Assembly (NCBI GenBank): GCA_944387425.1
Contig: CALXEV010000001.1
Location: forward strand, 3,258-67,257
From: an uncultured Clostridia bacterium
GTDB lineage: Bacteria; Bacillota; Clostridia; TANB77; CAG-508
Reading direction: 5' to 3'
Length of the DNA: 64,000 nucleotides
The notes below the pieces were generated by a model. The model ran no database searches, had not been told where the DNA came from, and was given only the letters and a program-made list of their open reading frames with translations. Below are positions 47,465 through 58,000 of this stretch, one piece after another. How positions within the stretch are numbered: position 1 is the first letter of the stretch; each line of letters begins with the position of its first letter. A program made the translations under genes and the position numbers.

Positions 47465-47486
47465 AAGCACACATTGTGTGCTTTTT
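47464..47486. terminator. Bidirectional terminator between mtgA (+) and the DUF1064 gene (-)
   Basis: AAAGCACACA-TTGTGTGCTTTTT perfect palindrome. Confidence 0.6.
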
Positions 47487-47835
47487 AAATTTCCTTAATC
47501 TTAATATTATACTTATCTTCAAAAACTTTCTTTTTTGCAATATATTCTTTTGTTCGTACGCCCTTAACATCAATAACTTCATATGAATTATCAGAATTAA
47601 ATACAATAAAATCAGCTTTATACTTTAAACCTGGTGCAAGCATAAATGTTGGTTGTAAGCAAAAACCGTTAATTTCTTTTGCTTGTAGTCTAAGCTTTAA
47701 TTCACAATAATATTCCGCTTCTTTTTTACTATCAAAAGTATGACCATCAACAGACGTTTTGTTAGCTCTATATTTGGTTTTCCTTTTTTTGCTATCAGTA
47801 AAGTTTTTGTAATCTTCTACACTCCAATGTTCCAT
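47485..47835 (-). CDS. DUF1064-family protein (phage-associated small protein)
   Basis: 116 aa; GHTFDSKKEAEYYCEL...ADFIV pattern typical of the DUF1064 phage family; GGAGG RBS on the - strand. Confidence 0.55.
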   Translation of the reverse strand: MEHWSVEDYKNFTDSKKRKTKYRANKTSVDGHTFDSKKEAEYYCELKLRLQAKEINGFCLQPTFMLAPGLKYKADFIVFNSDNSYEVIDVKGVRTKEYIAKKKVFEDKYNIKIKEI

Positions 47836-48043
47836 TAGTATATAATACCTCCGTTGTAAAATTATCTAATGGAGATTATATACTAAAAAAAATAAAAGTG
47901 CAATCCAAAATTTTAAAACTATCCATTGTTTTAATGTAATTGACAAAATAGATGAAATATTATACAATAGTAACATAAAATAAATGCTCAAGTAGCAATT
48001 TATTTAAAATCTAAAAATAAACTTATTTTAGGAGGAATCATTC

Positions 48044-48490
48044 ATGGAAAAAATGGAAAAACGGTTTTTTAAGGTTATGTCTATTGCAATAGTTTTGATG
48101 GCTTATATGATGTGTGTAGTTATAACATGGTTTGTTGATATAAACACAATTGTGAATATAGTACTCATAATTGCATATGGCATCATATTGTTATTCGCGG
48201 GAATCGACTTTTACCATATGGTTGATAGTATGGATACGAAAGTGAATGATGTGGTAGATGATATGACAAGAGAAGACAAAATCTTTTCGTATCACCTCAA
48301 TAGTGCTGTTAGAAATCTTACAATATGTCTTTGCGTGCTTTGTATCTTGCTGGCATATGAAGCTTTCTTATACTCTATGATTATTTGGGTGATTATATCT
48401 ATTTTGTTGGCATTTCTACTTTTGATTTTTGCTATCCATTCACACTTAAAAGCGATGAAAGATGTAAACGTTTTCAATACTGACGATTAA
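48044..48490 (+). CDS. Hypothetical membrane protein (148 aa)
   Basis: AGGAGG RBS; 3-4 TM helices. Confidence 0.5.
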   Translation: MEKMEKRFFKVMSIAIVLMAYMMCVVITWFVDINTIVNIVLIIAYGIILLFAGIDFYHMVDSMDTKVNDVVDDMTREDKIFSYHLNSAVRNLTICLCVLCILLAYEAFLYSMIIWVIISILLAFLLLIFAIHSHLKAMKDVNVFNTDD

Positions 48491-48504
48491 CCAACCATTT
48501 TACA

Positions 48505-48545
48505 GCAAATAAAGCAGGGCATTGCCTTGCTTTATTTGCGTTTTA
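48505..48545 (+). terminator. Rho-independent terminator
   Basis: GCAAATAAAGCAGGG-CATTG-CCTTGCTTTATTTGC followed by GTTTT. Confidence 0.65.
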
Positions 48546-48573
48546 AATATATAATTTATTTGAGGTGTTCAAT

Positions 48574-49242
48574 ATGATTTTATTAGTAGAAGACAATGAA
48601 ACAATAACAATGGGATTAAAATATTCATTAGAGCAAGAGAATTTCCAAGTTGATGTTGCACCCAATATTGTAACAGCACTTGCCAAAATAGAAAAACAAG
48701 AATACGAACTCTTTTTACTTGATATATCATTACCAGATGGAGAAGGATATGAAATTTGTAAACATATTAAAGAAAAAGGAAATTATCCAGTTATATTTTT
48801 AACTGCAAAAGACGAAGAAACAGATGTTGTACAAGGACTAGATATGGGAGCAGATGATTATGTAATAAAACCTTTTAGAACAAGAGAATTAATTTCAAGA
48901 ATAAAAAGTGTATTACGAAGATATCAAAAAGAAACAAAGCACGAAAATCAAATTAAACACAAAAACATTCTTATTGATATAGATACAGCAAGAGTATATA
49001 AAAATGGTGAAGAAGTCATTCTCACAAGTTTAGAGTATAAAATATTACTATATTTACTTAGTAATAAAAACATCATAATTACAAGAGAAAAATTGTTAGA
49101 TCAAATTTGGGACATTGCAGGAAATTTTGTGAATGATAATACTCTTACAGTATATATTAAAAGAATTAGAGAAAAATTAGATGACAAAGATGCTAAAATA
49201 ATAGAAACAGTTAGAGGAATTGGTTACAGAGTAACTGATTAA
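48574..49242 (+). CDS. OmpR-family two-component response regulator
   Basis: Receiver domain (ILLVEDNE...D) plus winged-helix C-terminal domain (RGIGYRV). Confidence 0.85.
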   Translation: MILLVEDNETITMGLKYSLEQENFQVDVAPNIVTALAKIEKQEYELFLLDISLPDGEGYEICKHIKEKGNYPVIFLTAKDEETDVVQGLDMGADDYVIKPFRTRELISRIKSVLRRYQKETKHENQIKHKNILIDIDTARVYKNGEEVILTSLEYKILLYLLSNKNIIITREKLLDQIWDIAGNFVNDNTLTVYIKRIREKLDDKDAKIIETVRGIGYRVTD

Positions 49243-49261
49243 AAAATGCAAGGAGTTTATA

Positions 49262-50473
49262 ATGAAAATATTAAAAAATAAAAAGATAATTATACCAATA
49301 ATAATATTAACAATAATTATAATAGCAACAAATATTTTATTTACAGTAAACGAATTAAAAAATAATCAAAGAATAACAAGTAATGTAATAGCAGGTATTA
49401 TTGGTAACATTGAAAAAAACTATCCAAATGTAAGTGAAGAGGAAATAATCTCTATACTAAATTTGGAAAATGAAGAAATAGAAGACGGAAAAAATACTTT
49501 AATAAAATATGGGATTAATATAGAAAATCAAAATGCAATAGGGCAAATTACAAATAATAAGTTACTAATAATTAATATTTTGAGTATAATAATATTAGTA
49601 TTCGCTATATTAGTTATATTATATATATATTCAAGAAGTGAGAGCAAAAAAATAAAAGAAATAGAAAAATATATAGAAGCAATTAATAACAAAAACTATA
49701 CTTTAAAAATAAGTGAAAACTCCGAAGATGAATTTAGTAATTTAAGTAATGAATTATATAAAACAACTGTTATGTTAAAAGAACAAGCATCTAATTCGCA
49801 AAAGTCTCAAAAAACTTTACAAACAAATATAGAAGATATATCACATCAATTAAAAACACCATTAACATCAATTTCAATTATGCTAGATAATATTATTGAT
49901 AATCCTGATATGGAAATAGAAACAAGGCAAAAATTTCTACATGAAATTAATAGACAAATTGAATGGTTTAATTGGCTTGTAATAGCATTATTAAAATTAT
50001 CTAAAATTGATTCAGGAACAGCAGTATTTACAAAAAAGGAAATAAATGTAGAAAAAATTATAAATCATGTAATTCAAAATTTAGCTATTCCTTTAGACAT
50101 AAAACAGCAAAAAATCATTGTAAATGGTAATAGTTCAAAATTCATTGGAGATTATAATTGGCAATTAGAAGCATTAACAAACATTGTAAAGAATTGTATA
50201 GAACATACACCTAATCATAAAAATATTTATATTAAATTTGAAGAAAACAATTTTTATACAAAAATAACAATTAGAGATGAAGGAGTTGGAATAGCAAAAG
50301 AAGATATAAAACATATATTTGAAAGATTTTATAAAGGAAAAAACTCATCAGAAAATAGTATTGGAATAGGGCTTGCTCTTGCTAAAAGTATTATAGAAAG
50401 AGATAATGGATATATTATTTGTAGTTCAAAAGAAGGTGAAGGAACTACTTTTGAAATAAAATATATGAAATAA
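49262..50473 (+). CDS. Two-component sensor histidine kinase
   Basis: N-terminal TM, H-box (ISHQLKTPLTSI), HATPase G-box (GIGLALAKS). Confidence 0.85.
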   Translation: MKILKNKKIIIPIIILTIIIIATNILFTVNELKNNQRITSNVIAGIIGNIEKNYPNVSEEEIISILNLENEEIEDGKNTLIKYGINIENQNAIGQITNNKLLIINILSIIILVFAILVILYIYSRSESKKIKEIEKYIEAINNKNYTLKISENSEDEFSNLSNELYKTTVMLKEQASNSQKSQKTLQTNIEDISHQLKTPLTSISIMLDNIIDNPDMEIETRQKFLHEINRQIEWFNWLVIALLKLSKIDSGTAVFTKKEINVEKIINHVIQNLAIPLDIKQQKIIVNGNSSKFIGDYNWQLEALTNIVKNCIEHTPNHKNIYIKFEENNFYTKITIRDEGVGIAKEDIKHIFERFYKGKNSSENSIGIGLALAKSIIERDNGYIICSSKEGEGTTFEIKYMK

Positions 50474-50563
50474 GTTATTATAAAGACCAGTCAATATATA
50501 TTGACAAGTTTTCTTTTATGTGATAATCTAGTATCGAAAACTAGATAGCAAAGGAGAAAGAAT

Positions 50564-52288
50564 ATGGAAAGAGAAAGATATTTTAATGCTAAAGAGTTTA
50601 AAAACATAAAAGAGATAATATATAATTCGGCAAAAGAATTTACTAATAATACAGCATTTATTTTAAAACATAAAAATGGCGAAAAAGATGTAACATATGA
50701 AAATATAACATATCAGAAATTATTAGAAGATATTAATTTTTTTGGAACAAAAATGTTTGACTTAGGATTAAAAGGTAAAAGAGTAGCAATAGTTGGAAGA
50801 AATAGATATGAATGGGTAGTAGCACATCTTGCAAATTTATTTGGTAGCATGGTTTCTGTTCCACTAGACAAAGAACTACAAGTTGATGAACTTGAAAGTT
50901 GTCTAGTTAGAAGTAAAGCAGATGTAATTATATTTGATGAAAAGTATATTGATAATATTGAAGAAATAAAACAAAGAGGAAACTCAAATATACAAGAATA
51001 TATTTGTATGTCTAAAAAAGATAGTTATAAAAATTTTTGGACATTAAAAGATGAAGGAGAAGAGCTTGTAAAAAAAGGTAATAACGAGTTCATTAATAAT
51101 GAAGTTGATTCATATGGTATGTCTATATTATTATTTACTTCTGGAACAACTTCTAAATCAAAAGCTGTAATGTTATCACAATACGGAATTGCAGAAAATG
51201 TATATGCAATGCTATTAGTTGAAGATTTTAGACCTACTGATGTGAATTTAGCCTTCCTACCATTTCATCACATATTTGGTTCAACAGAAATGATAGTAAT
51301 GCTTGCAGTTGGATTGGCAACAGCTTTTCCAGATGGCTTAAGATATGTTGCTCAAAATTTAAAAGAATATAAAGTTTCAGTTTTTGTAGGTGTTCCACTT
51401 TTAGTTGAAGCAATATATAAAAATATAGAAAAAGAAATAGAAAAACAAGGAAAAACAAAGACTGTTGAAACAGCAAAGAAAATTAGTAATTTTCTTTTGA
51501 AATTTAAAATTGATATAAGAAAAAAATTGTTTAAAACTATACATGATGCTCTTGGAGGAAACATGAGATTTATAATTTCAGGAGGAGCACCATTAGATAA
51601 GAGAGTTGCACAAGGTTTTAATGATTTAGGAATAGAACTAGTTCAAGGATATGGTTTAACAGAAACATCACCTGTAATTTCTGCGGAGAATGTAAAGAAA
51701 AAGAAAAGTGGTTCAATAGGATTTCCAATGGACAATGTAGAGGTTGAAATAGTAAATAAAGATGAAAACGGAATAGGTGAATTACGTGTAAAAGGACCAA
51801 ATGTAATGCTTGGATATTATGAAAATGAAGAAGAAACAAACAAAGTAATAAAAGATGGTTGGTTTTACACAGGGGATTTAGGATATTTTGATGAAGAAGG
51901 ATATTTATTCCTTACAGGAAGACAAAAAGATATGATAGTATTAAAAAATGGCAAAAAAGTATTTCCTGATGAACTTGAAATTGTTATAAATAGATTGAAT
52001 TTAGTAAAAGAATGTATAGTTTATGGAATTCCAGACGAAAAAGATAAAAATGATTATAAACTTTCTGTAAAAATTGTATATGACCCAGAAGTTGCTAAAC
52101 AATTATATCCAAATGCAACAGAAGAAGATTTAAGAAAAATATTGTGGGAACAAATAAAAGAAATAAACAAAACATTTCCACCATATAAATATATTAAAAA
52201 TATGATTTTGACTGACCAAGAACTTGTTAAAACAACAACACAAAAAGTTAAAAGACAAGAAGAAATAAAAAGAATATTAGGAAAATAA
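50564..52288 (+). CDS. AMP-dependent long-chain acyl-CoA synthetase/ligase (FadD-like)
   Basis: AMP-binding motif LLFTSGTTSKSKAV, GYGLTETS, about 574 aa. Confidence 0.8.
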   Translation: MERERYFNAKEFKNIKEIIYNSAKEFTNNTAFILKHKNGEKDVTYENITYQKLLEDINFFGTKMFDLGLKGKRVAIVGRNRYEWVVAHLANLFGSMVSVPLDKELQVDELESCLVRSKADVIIFDEKYIDNIEEIKQRGNSNIQEYICMSKKDSYKNFWTLKDEGEELVKKGNNEFINNEVDSYGMSILLFTSGTTSKSKAVMLSQYGIAENVYAMLLVEDFRPTDVNLAFLPFHHIFGSTEMIVMLAVGLATAFPDGLRYVAQNLKEYKVSVFVGVPLLVEAIYKNIEKEIEKQGKTKTVETAKKISNFLLKFKIDIRKKLFKTIHDALGGNMRFIISGGAPLDKRVAQGFNDLGIELVQGYGLTETSPVISAENVKKKKSGSIGFPMDNVEVEIVNKDENGIGELRVKGPNVMLGYYENEEETNKVIKDGWFYTGDLGYFDEEGYLFLTGRQKDMIVLKNGKKVFPDELEIVINRLNLVKECIVYGIPDEKDKNDYKLSVKIVYDPEVAKQLYPNATEEDLRKILWEQIKEINKTFPPYKYIKNMILTDQELVKTTTQKVKRQEEIKRILGK

Positions 52289-52340
52289 ATAAGCAGGCAC
52301 CAGAAACAATTAAGCTTCTGGTGCCTGTTTGCTTATTCTG
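52287..52340. terminator. Long bidirectional terminator hairpin between the convergent genes
   Basis: AATAAGCAGGCACCAGAA...TTCTGGTGCCTGTTTGCTTATT. Confidence 0.65.
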
Positions 52341-52344
52341 TATT

Positions 52345-52725
52345 TCACTGAATAAGCAACTGCCCATTGAGGCGGAACAGTTCAGGAAACTTCTCGCGAA
52401 GTTCCTTTTTGGTGTAATAGTGGATGCCGTAAAGCTCGGGAAACTTTTCACGAAGTTCCTTTTTGGAGTAGTAGCTCGACTCAGCATGTGCAGACCCAAG
52501 GGAGGTATGCACCATGTACTTATCGGTCTCCATTGCGGCACGGTACACAGATGTCATTGCATACGGATAGTCTTCTTCAGTTGCATCTTTGTAGATGTAC
52601 TGTCCAGAGACAACCCAGACATGCCGGAGATCTTCCAAGAAGCCTTTTTCAATAGCCTCTTGCAACCCGATGTTTTTCTCACCGGGCTTAAGGTTAGTAA
52701 TGACGGGCTTTGCTATTGTTTTCAT
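52345..52725 (-). CDS. Hypothetical small protein (126 aa) in a high-GC island; the C-terminus carries a tandem 14-aa (42-nt) duplication YYxKKELREKFPEL
   Basis: GC about 47% against a backbone of about 28%; direct repeat gaaacttctcgcgaagttcctttttgg / gaaacttttcacgaagttcctttttgg visible in the DNA. Confidence 0.5.
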   Translation of the reverse strand: MKTIAKPVITNLKPGEKNIGLQEAIEKGFLEDLRHVWVVSGQYIYKDATEEDYPYAMTSVYRAAMETDKYMVHTSLGSAHAESSYYSKKELREKFPELYGIHYYTKKELREKFPELFRLNGQLLIQ

Positions 52726-52898
52726 AAGTATACTCCTTTTTTATTTTCAATGAGCATTTTCAAAAACCAGTTATTACTGGAACGTCTATATTAATTATAC
52801 ATCATTAGGAAATTTATGTCAAGTTAAGAGCGTTTTATATAGTTCTTGCCCTTATTATTAAATTATGATAAATTATATAAAAAGGAGATTAATTATAA

Positions 52899-53531
52899 AT
52901 GAATATAGTAAAACCAAAAAGTTTAAATAATTTAGAAAAAACAGAAAAGTTAATAGAAGAAATAAGTGATGAACAATTATCAAATAAAGAAATAGAAAAT
53001 GTACTATTAAAAGATATAGAAATATATGATATAGAATTCGAAAAAAACATTATGAATAATACTGAAATAACACAAAGTAAACTTGAGAAAAATACATTTA
53101 CAGATATAAAATTTGAAAATTGTAACTTTTCAAACACCTCATTTGAAAACAGTATATTTATAAGATGTGAATTTATAAATTGTAAAATGACGGGTTGTAA
53201 TTTTATTGAAGCTAGATTATATAATGTTAGTTTTATAGAAACAAATTTAAATTATGCAAATTTTTCAAACACAACTATTGAAAATGTGATTTTTAAAAAT
53301 ACTAGTGTACGAAATAATAGTTTTCAAGAAAATAATTTTAAAAATTTATATTTTCAAAAAGCAGATTTAACTCAAACACAATTTTTTAAGACGAGTTTAA
53401 AAAACATAGATTTGTCTGATAGCATAATTGAAGGAATTGCAGTTTCACTAGAAGATATAAAAGGTGCATCAATCAACACATTTCAAGCAGTTGATTTATT
53501 ATATTTAATTGGAGTAAAAATTGTAGATTAA
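52899..53531 (+). CDS. Pentapeptide-repeat protein (Qnr/MfpA-like size and architecture)
   Basis: Runs of A(N/D)(L/F)xx repeats (NFSNTSFENSIFIRCEFINCKMTGCNFIEARL...); 210 aa; AAAAGGAG RBS. Confidence 0.7.
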   Translation: MNIVKPKSLNNLEKTEKLIEEISDEQLSNKEIENVLLKDIEIYDIEFEKNIMNNTEITQSKLEKNTFTDIKFENCNFSNTSFENSIFIRCEFINCKMTGCNFIEARLYNVSFIETNLNYANFSNTTIENVIFKNTSVRNNSFQENNFKNLYFQKADLTQTQFFKTSLKNIDLSDSIIEGIAVSLEDIKGASINTFQAVDLLYLIGVKIVD

Positions 53532-53573
53532 TTACTTTTATTTTTAAATTAAATGTGATAATATACTGAAGAG

Positions 53574-54191
53574 GTGATAGAAATGATAGAAATAAATTGT
53601 CATAGTTCAATAAAAATTACGAAAGGAATTATAATTTATATTGACCCGTTTAGAATAAATGAAGAAAAACATGATGCGGATTTAATACTAATAACACATG
53701 ACCATTATGACCATTATTCACCAGAAGATATTAAAAAAGTTATAAAAGAAGATACAATAATAGTTGCACCTAAAACGATAAAAGAACTAAATAATAAAGA
53801 AAATATAATATTTGTAGAGCCTAATAAAACTTACAATATAAAAGGCTACAAAATGGACACAATACCAGCATATAATATAAATAAACATTTCCATCCAAAA
53901 GAAAATAACTGGGTTGGTTATATTATTGAAATAGAAGGTATAAAATACTATATTGCAGGTGATACAGATATAATACCTGAAAATCAACAAATTAAATGTG
54001 ATGTTGCACTTATTCCAATTGGTGGAACATATACAATGGATTATAAAGAAGCATCTGAATTAATAAATATAATAAAACCTAAGATAGCAATTCCAACACA
54101 TTATGGTAGTATAGTTGGAGATATAACAGATGGCGAAAAGTTTAAAAAATTGATTGATAATACAATTGATGTTCAAATACTTATTAAATAA
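53574..54191 (+). CDS. MBL-fold metallo-hydrolase
   Basis: ITHDHYDHY metal-binding motif, about 205 aa. Confidence 0.7.
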   Translation: MIEMIEINCHSSIKITKGIIIYIDPFRINEEKHDADLILITHDHYDHYSPEDIKKVIKEDTIIVAPKTIKELNNKENIIFVEPNKTYNIKGYKMDTIPAYNINKHFHPKENNWVGYIIEIEGIKYYIAGDTDIIPENQQIKCDVALIPIGGTYTMDYKEASELINIIKPKIAIPTHYGSIVGDITDGEKFKKLIDNTIDVQILIK

Positions 54192-54277
54192 TTGCTAAAT
54201 TTATGCAATTGATTGATATACAATGAACTAAAAATATGATATACTTATCTTGAAAAAATTAATAGGAAGTGTTTGTT

Positions 54278-54979
54278 ATGCCATATATAGAATTAAAAAA
54301 TGTATGTAAAGAATATAAAATGGGTGAAATTACAATTAAAGCATTAAATAATACTAATTTTACAATTGAAAAAGGTGAATTAGTAGTTGTTGTAGGGCCA
54401 TCAGGTGCTGGAAAAACTACTGCACTTAATATATTAGGTGGAATGGATAGTGTAACATCTGGAGATGTAATAGTTGATGGAAAAAATATAGCAAAATTAA
54501 AAAATAGAGAATTGACTAAGTATAGAAGAGAAGATATTGGATTTGTATTCCAATTTTATAATTTAGTACAAAATTTAACAGCAATTGAAAATGTTGAATT
54601 AGCAACTCAAATTTGTAAAGATTCATTAGATCTTGATGATGTGATGGAAAAAGTTGGTTTAAGAGATAGAAAAAATAATTTTCCATCTCAACTTTCAGGA
54701 GGAGAACAACAAAGAGTCGCTATAGCAAGAGCGATAGCTAAAAATCCTAAATTATTATTATGTGATGAACCAACAGGTGCATTAGATTATAAGACTGGCA
54801 AGCAAATATTAAAACTACTACAAGATACGTCTAGAAAAGAAAATATGACAGTAATAATAATTACACATAATGCTGCAATCGCTCCTATGGCAGATAAAAT
54901 AATTAGATTTAAAAATGGAACAGCAGAAAGCATAGAAATTAATGAGAATCCTGTACCAGTAGAAAATATAGAATGGTAA
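54278..54979 (+). CDS. ABC transporter ATP-binding protein (MacB/LolD/FtsE-like)
   Basis: Walker [10 protein letters not shown], signature LSGGEQQR, Walker B LLLCDEPT. Confidence 0.85.
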   Translation: MPYIELKNVCKEYKMGEITIKALNNTNFTIEKGELVVVVGPSGAGKTTALNILGGMDSVTSGDVIVDGKNIAKLKNRELTKYRREDIGFVFQFYNLVQNLTAIENVELATQICKDSLDLDDVMEKVGLRDRKNNFPSQLSGGEQQRVAIARAIAKNPKLLLCDEPTGALDYKTGKQILKLLQDTSRKENMTVIIITHNAAIAPMADKIIRFKNGTAESIEINENPVPVENIEW

Positions 54980-55015
54980 TAATTTATAAAAAATAAAAAT
55001 TTGGAAGTGATGCAA

Positions 55016-58000
55016 ATGAAAGTAAAAAAGGCATTATTAAAAGATACATTTAAAGAAATTACAAGAACATATAAAAGGTTTATATCTATTTTACTTATGG
55101 CTTTATTAGGTGTAGGTTTTTTTGCTGGTTTAAGAGCATCATCACCAGACATGGTAGATTCAATAGATTCTTATTATAAAAATCAAAATGTTTATGATAT
55201 ACAAGTAATGTCTACATTAGGATTAACAAATGATGATATAAACGCAATTTCACAAATTGAAAATGTAGAAAGTGTTTATGGAACATATAGTAGAGATGGT
55301 ATTATAAAAACAAATGAAAAAGAAATAGTATCCAAAATATTATGTATTGATGATGTAAATATAGCAGTTTTAGTAGAAGGAAATATGCCACAAAATGAAG
55401 ATGAATGTGTTGTTGAGAGAAATTTCTTAATAGGAACTGATAAAAAAATTGGTGATTATATAGAAATTGAACCTGAAAAAACAGAGGAAGAAGAAACTGA
55501 ATATCTAAAAAATAAAAAATTAAAAATAGTAGGAGTTGTAGATAGTCCATTATACATATCAAGAGAAAGAGGAAGTACAAAACTTGGAACTGGTACAATT
55601 AATTATTTTATATATGTAAGCAAAGAAAATGTAAATTCAGAAGTGTATACAGAAATATATGTAAAGTTAAAAGATAGTAATAAATATAAAACAGCAAGTA
55701 ATAAATATGAAGATTATGTAGAAGAAACTAAAGATAAAATTGAAGAAATAAAAGAAGAAAGAGAAAATGCAAGATATGAAGAATTAATAAATGAGGCAAA
55801 TGACGAAATTGCAAAATCAGAAGAAGAGTTTAATACTCAAAAACAAGATGCAGAAACGCAAATATTAGATGCAGAAAATAAAATAAATGATGGAAAAAAA
55901 CAGATAGAAGATGGAGAAGCTGAAATTGCAAGTAATGAAGCAAAGGCAAATAAAGAATTTGCTGATGCAGAAGCTCAAATAAAAAATGCAAAAGCTGAAA
56001 TAGAAAGTAATACTACTGAATTAAATAATAGAAAACAAGAAGCGGAAGAAGGATTTAAACAGGCTGAAAACCAAAAAGCTGAATTACAAGAAACATTAAA
56101 TAATTTGAATTTTGCAATTAGTGGAATAGATAGTAGTATTGCAAATAAACAAAATGAACTTCAAACAGCTGAAGATGAAGAAACAAAGTACAAACTTGAG
56201 CAAGAAATTATTGTTTTACAAGCAACAAAACAAGGATATGAAAGTAATAAACAATCAATTGAAGCTGGAATAACTGAAATTGATACACAAATTTCAAGTG
56301 GAAAAGCAGAATTAGAAAAAGCAGAAACTCAATTAAATAATGCAAAAGCAGAGCTAGAAAAGCAAGAGGAACAACTTGAAAAAACAAAAAAGTCTACATA
56401 TTCACAAATTTCTGAAGCAAAAGAAGAACTAGAGAGTTCGAAAAAAGAAATTGCTGATGCAGAAGCAGAATTAGAAACAAGTAAGGCAGAATTTAATACT
56501 AAAATAGAAGAAGCAGAAGGAAAACTAATAGATGCAAAAGAACAAGTTGCAGAAATAGAAAAAGCTGAATGGTATATATTAGATAGACAACAAAATGCAG
56601 GATATGCTAGTTTCATTCAAGACACAAAAAGTGTAGAAAATATTAGTATTGTATTCCCAATTGTATTTTTTGCAATAGCAGCATTAGTATCATTAACATC
56701 AATGACCAGAATGGTAGAAGAGCAAAGACAAGAAATAGGAACATTAAAATCATTAGGATATAATAAATTTCATATAATACTAAAATACTTGATTTATTCA
56801 AGCTTAGCATGTATTATAGGTGGAATAATTGGAATGAACATTGGCTTTCAATTATTGCCAAGAATAATATGGGATATGTATGAAATGATGTATACATTAC
56901 CTAAGTTTATAGTTTCTTTTAACCATCAATATTCTTCAACAGGATTAGGGTTGATATATATATGCATAGTAGGTGCAACATTATATTCAATATTGAAAGA
57001 ATTAAAAGATACTCCAGCAAACTTATTAAGGCCAAAAGCACCTAAATATGGTAAAAGAGTATTATTAGAAAGAATAACTTTTATATGGAAAAGATTAAAC
57101 TTTTCTCAAAAAGTAACCATAAGAAATATATTTAGGTATAAGAAAAGATTTCTAATGACAATAGTTGGAATTTTAGGATGTACTTCTTTAATTTTAGCAG
57201 GTTTTGGAATAAAAGACTCTATATCATCAATATTACCAAACCAATATGAGGATATATTCAACTATGATATTCAAGTAAGTTTAAAAACTACATTAACATC
57301 AGAGCAAATAAATAGTTACATAGAAGAACTAGGTCAAAAAGAAGAAATCCAAAACATTCTAGAAACATATATGGTGTCTGGAACATCAGCAAAAGATGAG
57401 CAAAGCGAAACTGTTCAAATAATTGTACCAAAAGAGAAAAATGAAATTGATCAAACAATAAAATTAAGAGATGTAAAAACCAAAGAAAAATTTGAATTAT
57501 CTGAAGATGGTGTAATAATAACAGATAAATTATCTGAATTAATTGGTGCAAAAGTTGGAGATACAATAAAACTAACAACATCAGATGATGAAGAGGCAGA
57601 AATTAAAGTTGTTGGAATAACAGAAAATTATGTTAGCCATTATGTATATATGTCTAAAGAACTATATGAAAAAAGTTATGGAAAAGAGTATAGTACGAAT
57701 GTATTAATGCTTCAGGATAATAATCTAACAGAAGAACAAGAAAATTCGCTAATGCAAGAGATTGTTGCTAAAAATGAAGTGTCAACAGTTACTTTAACAG
57801 CGACAACAATGAAAACATTAGATGATACAATGAATTCATTAAATTATGTAGTTGTTATTTTAATTGTTTCTGCGGGTTTATTGGCTTTCGTAGTATTGTA
57901 TAATTTGTCAAATATTAATATAAGTGAAAGGATAAGAGAATTAGCAACTATAAAGGTACTAGGATTTTATGATAAAGAGGTATATGATTATGTGACAAGA

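Noticed and set aside
52321-52794. 157-aa + strand ORF overlapping the - strand high-GC gene
   Set aside because: It overlaps the terminator and the antisense of the 52345-52725 gene. It has no RBS and a low-complexity translation. It is an artefact of GC-rich sequence.
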